Assembly: GCA_000996895.1 (NCBI GenBank)
Contig: LCBB01000001.1
Span: 2,542-66,541, forward strand
Direction of reading: 5' to 3'
Length of the DNA: 64,000 nucleotides
Source of the DNA: a candidate division WWE3 bacterium GW2011_GWC2_41_23
GTDB lineage: Bacteria; Patescibacteriota; WWE3; UBA101185; UBA10185
This document shows, piece by piece, positions 18,011 through 27,104 of this stretch. The stretch's first letter is position 1, and each line of letters opens with the position of its first letter. Position numbers and translations under genes: made by a program. The notes under the pieces are model-generated. The model had not been told where the DNA came from. It saw only the letters and a list, made by a program, of their open reading frames with translations, and did no database searches.

Positions 18011-19336
18011 TCATTTAATTACAATTGTGACGGGAGGTACCATTCCCATCGAGCATGTCAATTTATAGGTACCGGGAATGTCGGTGTTAATCTCAAACTC
18101 ATTATAACCCTCGTCAATATGAATTGCCCCCTTAAACAGACCTCTGCTTACAATAGAAGTAGCGCAACCGTAAGCTCCCTCGTTATAAAACTTAACTTTA
18201 GCGGGTTTTCCTGCCTCGAGTTCCGAATATTTAGGAAAATATTCAAATCCCTGGGCGTACATTTCGAGTATTTGATAATCACCAACTTGTTTTACACGTT
18301 CTACGTTGGCAGTTTTACCGCTTGTAAAACGGGGAGCTCCCAGCACATTTAACTGCGAATTAATCGTGTACATAGAAAAGAAAAACACGAGTATCCCTGC
18401 CGTATAACTAAAAAGCTGTGAAAATTTATGGTTAGAAAACAGTTTAATACTGCTGAAACTCACGAGCGCGAGCATTGGAAGAGTTCCCAGTGCGAAAGAA
18501 AGAAGCATTAACGACCCTTTTACAAAACTACCGGTTGCCAAAGCATTTGTCTGAGCAACTATAGTAAATCCGCAAGGCAAAAAGAATGTGGCGGCTCCGA
18601 TAACCAACGGCATATATTTACCTTTAAAGTTTTTCTGATCCCCCGTGTATTCAGTAAAAAACTTCGGAGGTTTAATGCGAAATCTCTGCAACCATTTTAA
18701 ATCCAGCATTTGAAGACCCATAAGGGCTACCAGTAAGGAAATTATTATGGTAAACACCGCAGTTACAGTCACATTATAAGTGAACAGAGTTCCCACCAGC
18801 CCTAATACCCCACCCATAATTGCGAATGAGGCAAGACGACCTGCGTTAAACAAAGTAAACGGCAAATGCCTTTGACCTCCCGAATATATATTACCCCAGG
18901 TCTTGGAAAGGGATAAAAGTATCCCGCCCACCAGTGCTGCGCACGAAGAAGCTCCTGCAGCCAGACCAAATACAAAGTAAGAGATATACCCCGATGTTCC
19001 GGTAACTGTATATTTTGCAAGAAATCCCGTTTTTTCGTTGATATAAAAAAGAGCTGCCGTTAGAGCCACAATTAAAATAGCCTTCGTCATAACATCGCTT
19101 TTGCTGACTTGGGGAGAAGTAGAGAAAGAGTACCCGAGGTCGCTGAACTCCTTGTTAAGTTCAGAGGTATTTACCGCAGTACTTGACGACATTTGAAGGT
19201 TTAATTTGTTATCAGCAAGAGAAGCTTTGGCGTCTTTTACCCAGGGCTTATCTTTAAATCTTTGTTCGATTATAGATTCGCAGGCTGCGCAGTGCATGCC
19301 TTCCACGTAAAGTACTTGCTCGGTTGTTTTACTCAT
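18011..19336 (-). CDS. Heavy-metal-associated (HMA) domain membrane protein with C-terminal cupredoxin-like domain
   Basis: N-terminal GMHCAACESI (MxCxxC), a polytopic membrane core, and about 90 C-terminal residues with Cys/His/Met (GCATS...HIDEG...CSMGM) suggestive of a copper-binding beta-sandwich. Confidence 0.65.
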   Translation of the reverse strand: MSKTTEQVLYVEGMHCAACESIIEQRFKDKPWVKDAKASLADNKLNLQMSSSTAVNTSELNKEFSDLGYSFSTSPQVSKSDVMTKAILIVALTAALFYINEKTGFLAKYTVTGTSGYISYFVFGLAAGASSCAALVGGILLSLSKTWGNIYSGGQRHLPFTLFNAGRLASFAIMGGVLGLVGTLFTYNVTVTAVFTIIISLLVALMGLQMLDLKWLQRFRIKPPKFFTEYTGDQKNFKGKYMPLVIGAATFFLPCGFTIVAQTNALATGSFVKGSLMLLSFALGTLPMLALVSFSSIKLFSNHKFSQLFSYTAGILVFFFSMYTINSQLNVLGAPRFTSGKTANVERVKQVGDYQILEMYAQGFEYFPKYSELEAGKPAKVKFYNEGAYGCATSIVSRGLFKGAIHIDEGYNEFEINTDIPGTYKLTCSMGMVPPVTIVIK

Positions 19337-19369
19337 TTTCTAAAATAGTTTCCGGAATTTTATACATGT

Positions 19370-19639
19370 TTACACCTTGTACTTATAAATACCCAGAAGT
19401 TCCTCTACCACTTTTTTTGTATCTCCCTTTTTAGCCTGTTCGATTACGCAGTGGTTAAGGTGACCTTCCATTAGTTGAAGGTCCAATCCTTTTAATGCTT
19501 TTTGAACGGCAAGAGATTGATTTAGGATATCGACGCAGTAAGCATCGTTGTTAATCATGTCTTCTATAGCGTTCAGGTGCCCCTTAATAATTTTTATTCT
19601 GTGGATATTTTGTTTTTTTCTGTCATCGTGTTCGTGCAT
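19370..19639 (-). CDS. csoR: CsoR/RcnR-family copper-sensing repressor
   Basis: RIKIIKGHLNAIEDMI...YCVDILNQSLAVQKAL...HLNHCV (the Cys-His-Cys ligand pattern of CsoR). Start taken at MHEHDD, because the longer ORF-track start would place the operator inside the coding region. Confidence 0.7.
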   Translation of the reverse strand: MHEHDDRKKQNIHRIKIIKGHLNAIEDMINNDAYCVDILNQSLAVQKALKGLDLQLMEGHLNHCVIEQAKKGDTKKVVEELLGIYKYKV

Positions 19640-19643
19640 ATGG

Positions 19644-19658
19644 TCCCCCACTGGGGGA
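19644..19658. promoter_or_regulatory. Candidate CsoR operator
   Basis: Perfect GC-rich palindrome TCCCCCA-c-TGGGGGA immediately upstream of the csoR start. It resembles described CsoR operators with a CCCCCAGTGGGG core. Confidence 0.55.
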
Positions 19659-19689
19659 TACATTAAAAAGTAGCACATATAGAAGGAGG

Positions 19690-19735
19690 ATGCAAGAAAA
19701 AGCCCCGAAGTGTAGTTAATTACATTCCGGGGTTG
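19690..19735 (-). terminator. Hairpin plus T-run downstream of the 80-aa ORF and upstream of csoR
   Basis: Minus strand ccccggaatgtaattaactacacttcgggg followed by ctttttcttgc. Confidence 0.35.
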
Positions 19736-19739
19736 GGGT

Positions 19740-19982
19740 TTAGTAGATAAGAATGACTTTTTCGGATTCTATATCTACCGCGACAAGATGATCTTCCTGT
19801 CTTCCATCTATGCGCATGACGTCAAAGGGAATCTTAAAAGACTTCTTGGAAAGACGTGTTTCCTGGTCTACATAAGTTATCTCCGTGTCTTTAACAAATA
19901 TGGAAGCTTCGGGTACGCAAAACTCAGAAACTGCAAATAGTTTTACGAGCACTTTTGCTGAAAATATACTCCTGACAGTCAA
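19740..19982 (-). CDS. Hypothetical small protein (80 aa)
   Basis: ORF only, no motif, coding status uncertain. Confidence 0.3.
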   Translation of the reverse strand: MTVRSIFSAKVLVKLFAVSEFCVPEASIFVKDTEITYVDQETRLSKKSFKIPFDVMRIDGRQEDHLVAVDIESEKVILIY

Positions 19983-20248
19983 CTTACCCTCCTTTACTGA
20001 TTTTCGGCTATTTTAGTGGAAAAACTCACAGAAGTAAAATTACGTAGTATTGATGGCTGAGTCAAAGGCGGACCGGAGAAAACGTCGCTTAGAAATTAGC
20101 TCTCCAGAAGGTGACGCCGAAGACTATCACAAAACTTGCTACGAAAATAAGGGTAGTTTTGATACCTTTATTTTTTATATAGTCCAAATTTATCATGTTT
20201 ATATAGTATCACTTTATGGGTTCTGTCAAAATACCGAAAGATGTATAT

Positions 20249-20291
20249 ATGGTGGGCCTGCCTGGGCTCGAACCAGGGACCTTTCGGATGT
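20249..20291 (-). repeat. 43-nt duplicate of the tRNA-Val 3' half (att-scar-like direct repeat)
   Basis: Identical to 20317-20359 (anticodon loop through CCA of tRNA-Val), in the same orientation, with a 25-bp spacer. Confidence 0.7.
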
Positions 20292-20317
20292 CTGCTTCGC
20301 AGCATCCTCATAAATAA

Positions 20318-20394
20318 TGGTGGGCCTGCCTGGGCTCGAACCAGGGACCTTTCGGATGTAAACCGAACGCTCTGACCAACTGAGCTACAAGCCC
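20318..20394 (-). tRNA. tRNA-Val (anticodon UAC)
   Basis: Reverse complement GGGCTTGTAGCTCAGTTGGTCAGAGCGTTCGGTTTACATCCGAAAGGTCCCTGGTTCGAGCCCAGGCAGGCCCACCA. Cloverleaf parses, anticodon loop TTTACAT, CCA encoded. Confidence 0.85.
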
Positions 20395-20491
20395 CAACAT
20401 CTATCTAGACGGAACAAGGTCTGCAGAACCGTCCGTCCATTATTCTATCAAATCTCTTTGAAATTGCGACATTATTTGGTTAAATTAGTGT

Positions 20492-21469
20492 GTGCCCGAG
20501 ACTGCTCATAGACCGCGAGGAAACAACAGAGATACCGACTTTCTTTTGATATTTTTACCCGTATTGGCGGCTGCAACCCTTTTTGTACTCGTTCTGAGCG
20601 ATAAATTCAATATAAAGCTGTTCGGAAGAAACTTTATAAAAGAGGTCGTTTATCAACGTAACAGCACACCCCAAACCTCCACAAAGCCCGTTATCCGTGA
20701 TGAAGTAACTTATACCAAGGTAGAAACCCAATTCCTCGAGCTTACGAAAAAGCTAACTATAGAGCCAGGTGTTTACGGCCTATACATCAAAGACGTAGGA
20801 TCGGGAAAGGAATTTAAATATAACGAATCAACCGAGTTCTACGCGGCCTCCCTATACAAAGTTCCTATAGCAGCGGCAGTTTTAAAAGAAGTAGAAGCAG
20901 GAAGACTTAAACTGGACGACACGGCAACCTACCTTCCATACGATTATTCTTCCGGTACCGGCGTCATAGGCACTTACTCTCACGGAATTCAATTAAAAAT
21001 AAGCGACATTTTGTCCGAACTGTTAAAAAATAGTGATAACACCGCCCAAAATATTTTGTTGCGCACCTTAAGTTATAAAAACGTTCAGGAAACGTTTAAC
21101 GCTGTCGTACCCGATAAAAACACCAGTACTTATTACAGATACAATCTGAGCACACCAGCCGAAATCGGATATGTTTTTGAAAAACTATATTTTGGGGATT
21201 ACTTAAGCGCAGATGACAAAAAGTATTTGTCCGATCTTATGACCAATACCTCGTTCGAAGACAGAATAAGCGCGTATCTTAAAGAAGGCTTGGTTTTTTC
21301 CCACAAAATAGGCAGCTGGCCTGATTCATGGCACGATTGCGGGGTGGTGTACACAGAAAATAGGGAGTCGGAGTTAATGGTATGTCTGATGAGCCAACGT
21401 GCACCTTACGAAAACTTTTTGAATTCAGCCAAGATGACCGGGGAATTTGTAAACATTTTAATAAACTAA
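20492..21469 (+). CDS. Class A beta-lactamase-like serine hydrolase, N-terminally membrane anchored
   Basis: TM anchor, then SLYK (SxxK), SDN loop (NSDNTAQN), and HKIGSW (KTG-box variant). Confidence 0.6.
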   Translation: MPETAHRPRGNNRDTDFLLIFLPVLAAATLFVLVLSDKFNIKLFGRNFIKEVVYQRNSTPQTSTKPVIRDEVTYTKVETQFLELTKKLTIEPGVYGLYIKDVGSGKEFKYNESTEFYAASLYKVPIAAAVLKEVEAGRLKLDDTATYLPYDYSSGTGVIGTYSHGIQLKISDILSELLKNSDNTAQNILLRTLSYKNVQETFNAVVPDKNTSTYYRYNLSTPAEIGYVFEKLYFGDYLSADDKKYLSDLMTNTSFEDRISAYLKEGLVFSHKIGSWPDSWHDCGVVYTENRESELMVCLMSQRAPYENFLNSAKMTGEFVNILIN

Positions 21470-21774
21470 AGGTGTCACTATCCTTTAAAAAGAAAACAGA
21501 AGATTTTAAGTGTCGTAACTGTGGCAAGTTTGTTACGGGAACAGGTTACACCAATCACTGCCCTAACTGCTTATTTAGTGAGCACGTAGACATAATGCCC
21601 GGCGACCGGGCAAACCCCTGCAAAGGAATGATGAAACCTGTGGGCATCGTAAAAAAACGGGGGGAATTCTTTGTGGTCCATAAATGCGAAAAATGTGGTG
21701 AAATAAAACACAATAGAACTTCCGAGAACGATAATCAGGAAAAAATTATTGAGATTTCGGTCTTACCTGTCTAG
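21382..21774 (+). CDS. RNHCP-domain zinc-ribbon protein
   Basis: CRNCGKFVTGTGYTNHCPNCLFSEHVD matches the RNHCP family signature, and a second Cys pair CEKCGE follows. It overlaps the 3' end of the upstream gene in another frame. Confidence 0.55.
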   Translation: MSDEPTCTLRKLFEFSQDDRGICKHFNKLKVSLSFKKKTEDFKCRNCGKFVTGTGYTNHCPNCLFSEHVDIMPGDRANPCKGMMKPVGIVKKRGEFFVVHKCEKCGEIKHNRTSENDNQEKIIEISVLPV

Positions 21775-23131
21775 TCGATCTCTTCCAAAGTTTGATATTA
21801 AAAACCCGGGTAAAAGTTCCTTCCCTATCGTCCCCGTAACTTAAAAAATCTACCAGAGATCTCATCGCTGTTTTTGGTTTATATAAAACAGTTAATGATA
21901 AGGCAACAATTGTAACGACGACTCTATAAAATAAACCGGGTTCACTGGATGTCCTGAAAAGATACGCGATTGATAGCGCGTAAACAATGTACTGAAAAAT
22001 GGATAGATAATCCGCGTAGTTAGTATCCAGCATGCTTTGGGCGTATCCTTCTTTATGTTCCCGTACCTTTTTGCCCGCAGCTATGCTTAAATACGCCAAT
22101 ATATCCGTAATAATAATTGCCAGAAAACTTAGGGGGGACACCGATGCCAAGAATAATCCCGTAATTAATTTCATAGAATGAAGAACGGTAGACATTACAA
22201 TATCTGCCACAGGAATTTTTCTCAAAAAGAAAAGGTAGAGTAAGTTCAGTATTAGAAATGCTCCCAAAGCAACAAACAGTACGTGGGATAGAAGAAGCGC
22301 GAACACAAAAGAAAAGAAAAGAAGTATTTTAAATATCCTGCGGGCAGTTGCGAGTGAAATCTCTCCGGAAGCTATCGCCCTTCCATGACTTTTTACCGGG
22401 TGCTTGCGGTCCAATTCGAGGTCCCGGATATCATCCATAATATAAACCGCCCCGTAAAAAACCGGACTGAAAAGAAAAGTTGCTAAAAAGATAAACCCCA
22501 GTTCCTTTAACGATAGATTAAAATCATTAGCCAGAAAATACCCGTAAATCAATGGAAACGAGCTTAATACATTTGGGAAAAAGCGGATCAGTTTTGCAAA
22601 AACAAAAAGCTTCTTTAAGAAAAACGGCGTATTTATTTTTTCGCGCTTAAAAAGTAGAAACCAATTTGGGTTAATTCTCCCAAGGAGTAGCCAGTCCTCA
22701 AAAATATCGTACGAGTAGTGCGAAATCATTCCCAACGTAAAAATAGCCGCCCCATAATTTTCCTGTGCCAAAGCAAAGTACAAAAAAAATATTACGGCAA
22801 TTAATACGGTAACTAAATTGTGGGAATAAATGCCGGTGTTAAACTTATGATTCTCCATAACGAATCTTTGGAATCCACGCAGTTCTTTATTCCTTAAGAA
22901 ATGCCTCAGATTTTTTGCGTAGTCGGTTTTACGCCCGTAAGTGAATATGTAAAACAGGTGGTCGGCGTCCGGGATCATCGCGCCAATAGCGCCTAGAATT
23001 ACAGAAGGTACTGCGCCGTAAGCCGGTTGGAAATAGAAAAAAACGTATCCAAGAACTGCCCCCACAGATGCGTGTAGAAACATGTGGTAGCTATTACTAA
23101 GCTTAGATAGTGTGTCCTTTGAGATAAACAT
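21746..23131 (-). CDS. UbiA-family prenyltransferase-like polytopic membrane protein (C-terminal half), fused to an additional N-terminal membrane domain
   Basis: MDDIRDLELDRKHPVKSHGRAIASGEIS resembles the UbiA NDxxDxxxD ... K.RPL.SG motif. 461 aa, many TM helices. Confidence 0.5.
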   Translation of the reverse strand: MFISKDTLSKLSNSYHMFLHASVGAVLGYVFFYFQPAYGAVPSVILGAIGAMIPDADHLFYIFTYGRKTDYAKNLRHFLRNKELRGFQRFVMENHKFNTGIYSHNLVTVLIAVIFFLYFALAQENYGAAIFTLGMISHYSYDIFEDWLLLGRINPNWFLLFKREKINTPFFLKKLFVFAKLIRFFPNVLSSFPLIYGYFLANDFNLSLKELGFIFLATFLFSPVFYGAVYIMDDIRDLELDRKHPVKSHGRAIASGEISLATARRIFKILLFFSFVFALLLSHVLFVALGAFLILNLLYLFFLRKIPVADIVMSTVLHSMKLITGLFLASVSPLSFLAIIITDILAYLSIAAGKKVREHKEGYAQSMLDTNYADYLSIFQYIVYALSIAYLFRTSSEPGLFYRVVVTIVALSLTVLYKPKTAMRSLVDFLSYGDDREGTFTRVFNIKLWKRSTRQVRPKSQ

Positions 23132-23175
23132 AATGCCTTCGTATTATACCGTGGGCAGGTTGTTGACGGATTTAA

Positions 23176-23985
23176 CTAGAATATCGGCTGAAAACTTTTA
23201 TTCATCTCGTCGTCATAATATTCAGTACCGCCTATATCTTTTGCAAAACTGTATGCCTGGCCGATGTCATATGCATAGACCATTTTTGCGTCAGGTACGT
23301 ATTTGAGAACATAGATGTAGTTTATTCCGCACTTTGATTCTCCCAACTCTAATCCATCGCCTTGTATTTTTACGTCGTAAACTTTGCTGTTAACTGCGGT
23401 ACTTGTCATTGTGCCAACCGAGCAGCCTGAACCAAATTTCGACTTAACAAAGGTTTCGAGATCTTCTTTAGTTGGTACTGATTTTGCGATAATATTCCAT
23501 GATTTTTGAGAAGATGTTAACCAATTTAGCGCTGTTGTAACTTTTTCGCACGAACCAAAATAAGACACGTTATCGACAACTTTAGAATCGGACAACTCAT
23601 ACCTATATTCCGGATAGATGAATATTCCATCAACTTGCTCAAATATTTTTATGGGCACCAAAGCGACTTTATGTCTATAAGAAGCCGTGTCACCGCTTCC
23701 TACTTTTTCGCACGCACCCTGTTGAGTATAGACCGCTTTAGGATAGTTAATTGAAAACTTAAGATCGGCGTTTGAATATGCTTTCCAGCCTACCGGAACA
23801 AGGTTATCCTCCGGCCCACTTTCCTGAGTGTCCGTCGGAAGAGGTTTAGTAACTTTTTCTGCCACTGTGTTGAATGTGTTGGCGGCCGAACCCGCAGGGT
23901 CTTTATTAAGTATTACAAACAGCCCGCCTCCGATAATAATGAGTAGAAAAGCAAAGAAAACAATCATTAGTGAGTTATTTTTCAT
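23176..23985 (-). CDS. N-terminally anchored extracytoplasmic protein, unknown function
   Basis: 269 aa with a signal anchor MKNNSLMIVFFAFLLIIIGGGLFVIL and several Cys in the mature part. Confidence 0.45.
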   Translation of the reverse strand: MKNNSLMIVFFAFLLIIIGGGLFVILNKDPAGSAANTFNTVAEKVTKPLPTDTQESGPEDNLVPVGWKAYSNADLKFSINYPKAVYTQQGACEKVGSGDTASYRHKVALVPIKIFEQVDGIFIYPEYRYELSDSKVVDNVSYFGSCEKVTTALNWLTSSQKSWNIIAKSVPTKEDLETFVKSKFGSGCSVGTMTSTAVNSKVYDVKIQGDGLELGESKCGINYIYVLKYVPDAKMVYAYDIGQAYSFAKDIGGTEYYDDEMNKSFQPIF

Positions 23986-24061
23986 AGTGTTATTCTAGTC
24001 CTTTTTAAAGATTGGAGAAAGAAGGTTGGCAAAGTAAGGTGCAATGACCTTAAATTTTCTA

Positions 24062-24137
24062 TGGTGGGGAGGGTGGGGATCGAACCCACATAGCCGGTTT
24101 TTCAGACCGGTGCCTTGACCAACTTGGCTACCGCCCC
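24062..24137 (-). tRNA. tRNA-Phe (anticodon GAA)
   Basis: Reverse complement GGGGCGGTAGCCAAGTTGGTCAAGGCACCGGTCTGAAAAACCGGCTATGTGGGTTCGATCCCCACCCTCCCCACCA. Anticodon loop CTGAAAA, CCA encoded. One C-U mismatch in my reading of the acceptor stem. Confidence 0.7.
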
Positions 24138-24161
24138 GCGAGGCAACAAAACAAATATTTC

Positions 24162-24237
<76 letters not shown>

Positions 24238-24307
24238 GTGCAAACGTTATTATAAAGGAGGGTATCTAAAAATCAACAACTACGGCAAAAACGACACCAC
24301 TAACTTC

Positions 24308-25966
24308 TTACCAACTTCCGCCGCCCCCACCGCCTCCCCCACCTCCACTGGAACCTCCCGAGAATCCGCTTCCGAAGCCTGAAGAGCTCCTGGATGACGC
24401 GCCGGCGCTGTGAAAAGAGCTGTTCACTACCGAGTTCATTACTGCCAGCCGAGTCAAATCGTCGCCCCTATACCACTCTGGGTTAGTGTTAAACAAGTCC
24501 TTAAACCGTTTAATCCATACATCTTCGACACCAAATGCGGTCGCGTAAGGCAAAAGCTTTTCAAAAAACATCATTTCCTGGGCCTGAAAATCAAATTGAG
24601 GATCCTGACTTACCAAAAAATTCTTCAGGGACACTGCTTCGGAGTATGTTTGAATCCCTTTTTCCGGTCTTGCCGGGCTTTTTCTACCTAATATAAAGGA
24701 CACCAAACCTAAAAATATGTTTCCGATGAAAAATGACATTACTGCAAGTCCGGTATAGGCTCCCGAAGTATTTACTGGATTGGATTTGAACACGTCAGCT
24801 TTTTTTAAATATTCTCCTGCTGTTGTAGCAAGTGAAGTTCCCGCGGCTCCGAACTTTTCGTTTTTACTTAATTCTTTTGTCGAAACTTCTTCAGACAGTC
24901 CGGAAAACATAGCCTCATAAAGATCTTTTTCATATTTTCTTAGTGGGTCTATGTCGGTTTTTTCGGTTTTAGAAAAGACAAATTCTTTTTTATCTTTTTG
25001 AGTGATTTTTATATAGCCTCTTTGAGCTAGGGAAATGATTGTGGCAGGGACAGCTTTGCTTCCTGCGGTAACATCTGCCGTAATCGCTGTTTCTACCGCA
25101 GTCAAAGGCTCTCCATCCGCTGTCTTAGGAGGAGAAAACCACGCAGCGACAATTCTGGCGTTATCTTTTAAATATTTTTTCTCTCTTAACCACTTAAATA
25201 GTAAAAAGACCGGTAAACCTAAGTAAAATCCTACTGCAACTAACCCAATAAAAATACTTAAAATGGCTACGAAAATAGACGACTTGTCTTCTTTAGGCTC
25301 AAGTTGAAGCGCGTAGCCCTTCGGAAATTTCGTGGCGATAGTAAAGGCTTCTCCCGGTCTTACCGAACCGGTTGTAAATTGCAGTTTGTTGCCTTCTTTA
25401 GTCACTATGCAGTTACCTGCAGTTACCCCTGTAGGACCCGTGTAACAAACTCCGTCCAATGTACCCTCATTAAAAGTTTGATCAAAATTGACAACTGCGG
25501 AAACATTATTTATGGGTGCTGCCCATCCCGGACCAACGGCGTTCCAGTAAAATTCATCGAAATCACTGAAATATGTAAGGGCACCCCCCAAAGTGTATTT
25601 AATGACGTAAGTGTGTTGCCCCGTAATAGTTTTGTCCGGATCGCCTGCTTTAATCGTTACTTTATCGTCTGATTTACTTGTCGTGTATTGGTAAGAATTT
25701 CCGTTCCCGTCGCTCACTCCTTTAAAAGCTATGTCTAGGATAAAAGACTTGCCATCCTGATTAACTTTTTTAAAAGGGATGTAGTAAAAAATACCGTGGC
25801 GTTGCTCGGTCCCAAAATCGTAAAGTATTGTTTCTGTGACATCTACTGTTCCGTCCTTATTTACAAAAGCCTCGAATTCTAAAGAGTGAATAAAATCTGC
25901 GGCCGACGCAAAATGCGGAAAAAATAGGAGTAACCCAAGAACAAATATTTTTCGTAAAAATCTCAT
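24308..25966 (-). CDS. DUF2207-like membrane protein with a glycine-rich C-terminal tail
   Basis: Signal peptide MRFLRKIFVLGLLLFF, a beta-rich N-domain, central TM helices, and a C-terminal SGFGSGFSGGSSGGGGGGGGGGSW. The start is trimmed from the ORF-track 26026 because that extension overlaps tRNA-Leu. Confidence 0.5.
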   Translation of the reverse strand: MRFLRKIFVLGLLLFFPHFASAADFIHSLEFEAFVNKDGTVDVTETILYDFGTEQRHGIFYYIPFKKVNQDGKSFILDIAFKGVSDGNGNSYQYTTSKSDDKVTIKAGDPDKTITGQHTYVIKYTLGGALTYFSDFDEFYWNAVGPGWAAPINNVSAVVNFDQTFNEGTLDGVCYTGPTGVTAGNCIVTKEGNKLQFTTGSVRPGEAFTIATKFPKGYALQLEPKEDKSSIFVAILSIFIGLVAVGFYLGLPVFLLFKWLREKKYLKDNARIVAAWFSPPKTADGEPLTAVETAITADVTAGSKAVPATIISLAQRGYIKITQKDKKEFVFSKTEKTDIDPLRKYEKDLYEAMFSGLSEEVSTKELSKNEKFGAAGTSLATTAGEYLKKADVFKSNPVNTSGAYTGLAVMSFFIGNIFLGLVSFILGRKSPARPEKGIQTYSEAVSLKNFLVSQDPQFDFQAQEMMFFEKLLPYATAFGVEDVWIKRFKDLFNTNPEWYRGDDLTRLAVMNSVVNSSFHSAGASSRSSSGFGSGFSGGSSGGGGGGGGGGSW

Positions 25967-25971
25967 ATAAA

Positions 25972-26058
25972 TGGTGGGCGAGACAGGACTTGAACCTGCA
26001 CCGGTTTTACCCGACAACGACCTCAACGTTGCGCGTATACCAATTCCGCCACTCGCCC
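25972..26058 (-). tRNA. tRNA-Leu (anticodon GAG)
   Basis: Reverse complement GGGCGAGTGGCGGAATTGGTATACGCGCAACGTTGAGGTCGTTG...GGTTCAAGTCCTGTCTCGCCCACCA with a long variable arm. Anticodon loop TTGAGGT. Confidence 0.8.
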
Positions 26059-26088
26059 AAACAGAAGGAATTATACCAGATTAAACTC

Positions 26089-26550
26089 CTACTTAATTAC
26101 TATTTCTTCGGCCTGGATAACGCTGGATTCTGCATACCCCCACGTTATGTTACCCTGAATCTCCACATGTTTACCGTCAAAAACGTCCATTCCTTCTGTT
26201 TCGCGTGAAGGAGGATTGACCTGTATTTTGTCTATATCCATAGGAAATCCTGCTGCAGTTTCTTCTAACGTGTATGGCTCATCGAAATACAGCCAGTACC
26301 AGTAATCCCCCAAATCCAGCTCCGCGGGTATCTGTTCCTTTTTAAGTGTTCCCGTAAATGTTTCTAAGGCTACGGGTGTTTCTTCGGTGGCGACATCGGT
26401 AGGTACGGTGTCGGGAACGTTAACATCCAGACTTGTCTCTACACTTAGGAGTCTTAATTCAATTTCTCTAAGGTATAGATAGTTATAGATGGAAATAAAT
26501 ACTGCTACGAAAGCGAAAACAAAAACCAAAACGATTTTTATATTTTTCAT
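26089..26550 (-). CDS. N-terminally anchored small extracytoplasmic protein (153 aa)
   Basis: Signal anchor IKIVLVFVFAFVAVFISIY, then a Glu/Thr-rich hydrophilic domain. Confidence 0.45.
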   Translation of the reverse strand: MKNIKIVLVFVFAFVAVFISIYNYLYLREIELRLLSVETSLDVNVPDTVPTDVATEETPVALETFTGTLKKEQIPAELDLGDYWYWLYFDEPYTLEETAAGFPMDIDKIQVNPPSRETEGMDVFDGKHVEIQGNITWGYAESSVIQAEEIVIK

Positions 26551-26569
26551 TTTATAAGTTAATTAATTA

Positions 26570-26654
26570 CTGGTGCCAGAGGTGGGACTCGAACCCACAC
26601 ACCTTGCGATACAGCCTTCTGAAGACTGCGCGTCTGCCAATTTCGCCACTCTGG
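26570..26654 (-). tRNA. tRNA-Leu (anticodon CAG)
   Basis: Reverse complement GCCAGAGTGGCGAAATTGGCAGACGCGCAGTCTTCAGAAGGCTGTATCGCAAGGTGTGTGGGTTCGAGTCCCACCTCTGGCACCA with a long variable arm. Anticodon loop TTCAGAA. Confidence 0.75.
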
Positions 26655-27104
26655 CATTCAATAATCAGATTATAGACTATCTGCTTGATTATAAATAGAA
26701 AAAGAGAAGGCCCTAAGCTTTTGATAGTTATGCTTTGGGCCTTGCAGTGTATGTTATTGTTTATGCTCTTTTCTTGTGTGCTGGCGTCTGCGACGGCGTT
26801 CGTTGGGGGCGTTCTGACACTTGGTGGAAGCGTTGCTAACTGTATTGTTCCCATTTTTTATTGCGCTGCCGTTTGTAACCGTTTTTCCCGTCCAAGGATT
26901 TGTTCCCATGTACTCCCCTTTCAGATGTTATTTTTGTTAGCTTAGACTACCCCGATGTTGTTAAACACACCTACGCGTACGATTGTAAAACAGTAGCTCA
27001 AATATTAAAAGAGCGTTTAGTTATGCAACCGAATTATTTGTGCGTGGAACACTTGAGCACAAAAGCTGAACTAAACGTTATTCTTTCTCGAAGTAGTAGC
27101 CCCT

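Noticed and set aside
25967-26026. N-terminal 20-residue extension of the DUF2207-like ORF
   Set aside because: The extension overlaps tRNA-Leu(GAG). The internal Met gives a canonical signal peptide, so the start was trimmed to 25966.
26567-26945. ORFs of 95 aa (minus) and 86 aa (plus) in the 26.6-27.0 kb gap
   Set aside because: The minus ORF begins inside tRNA-Leu(CAG) and has odd composition. The plus ORF has no SD and overlaps it. Neither could be supported, and the region is left as unassigned (possible ncRNA).
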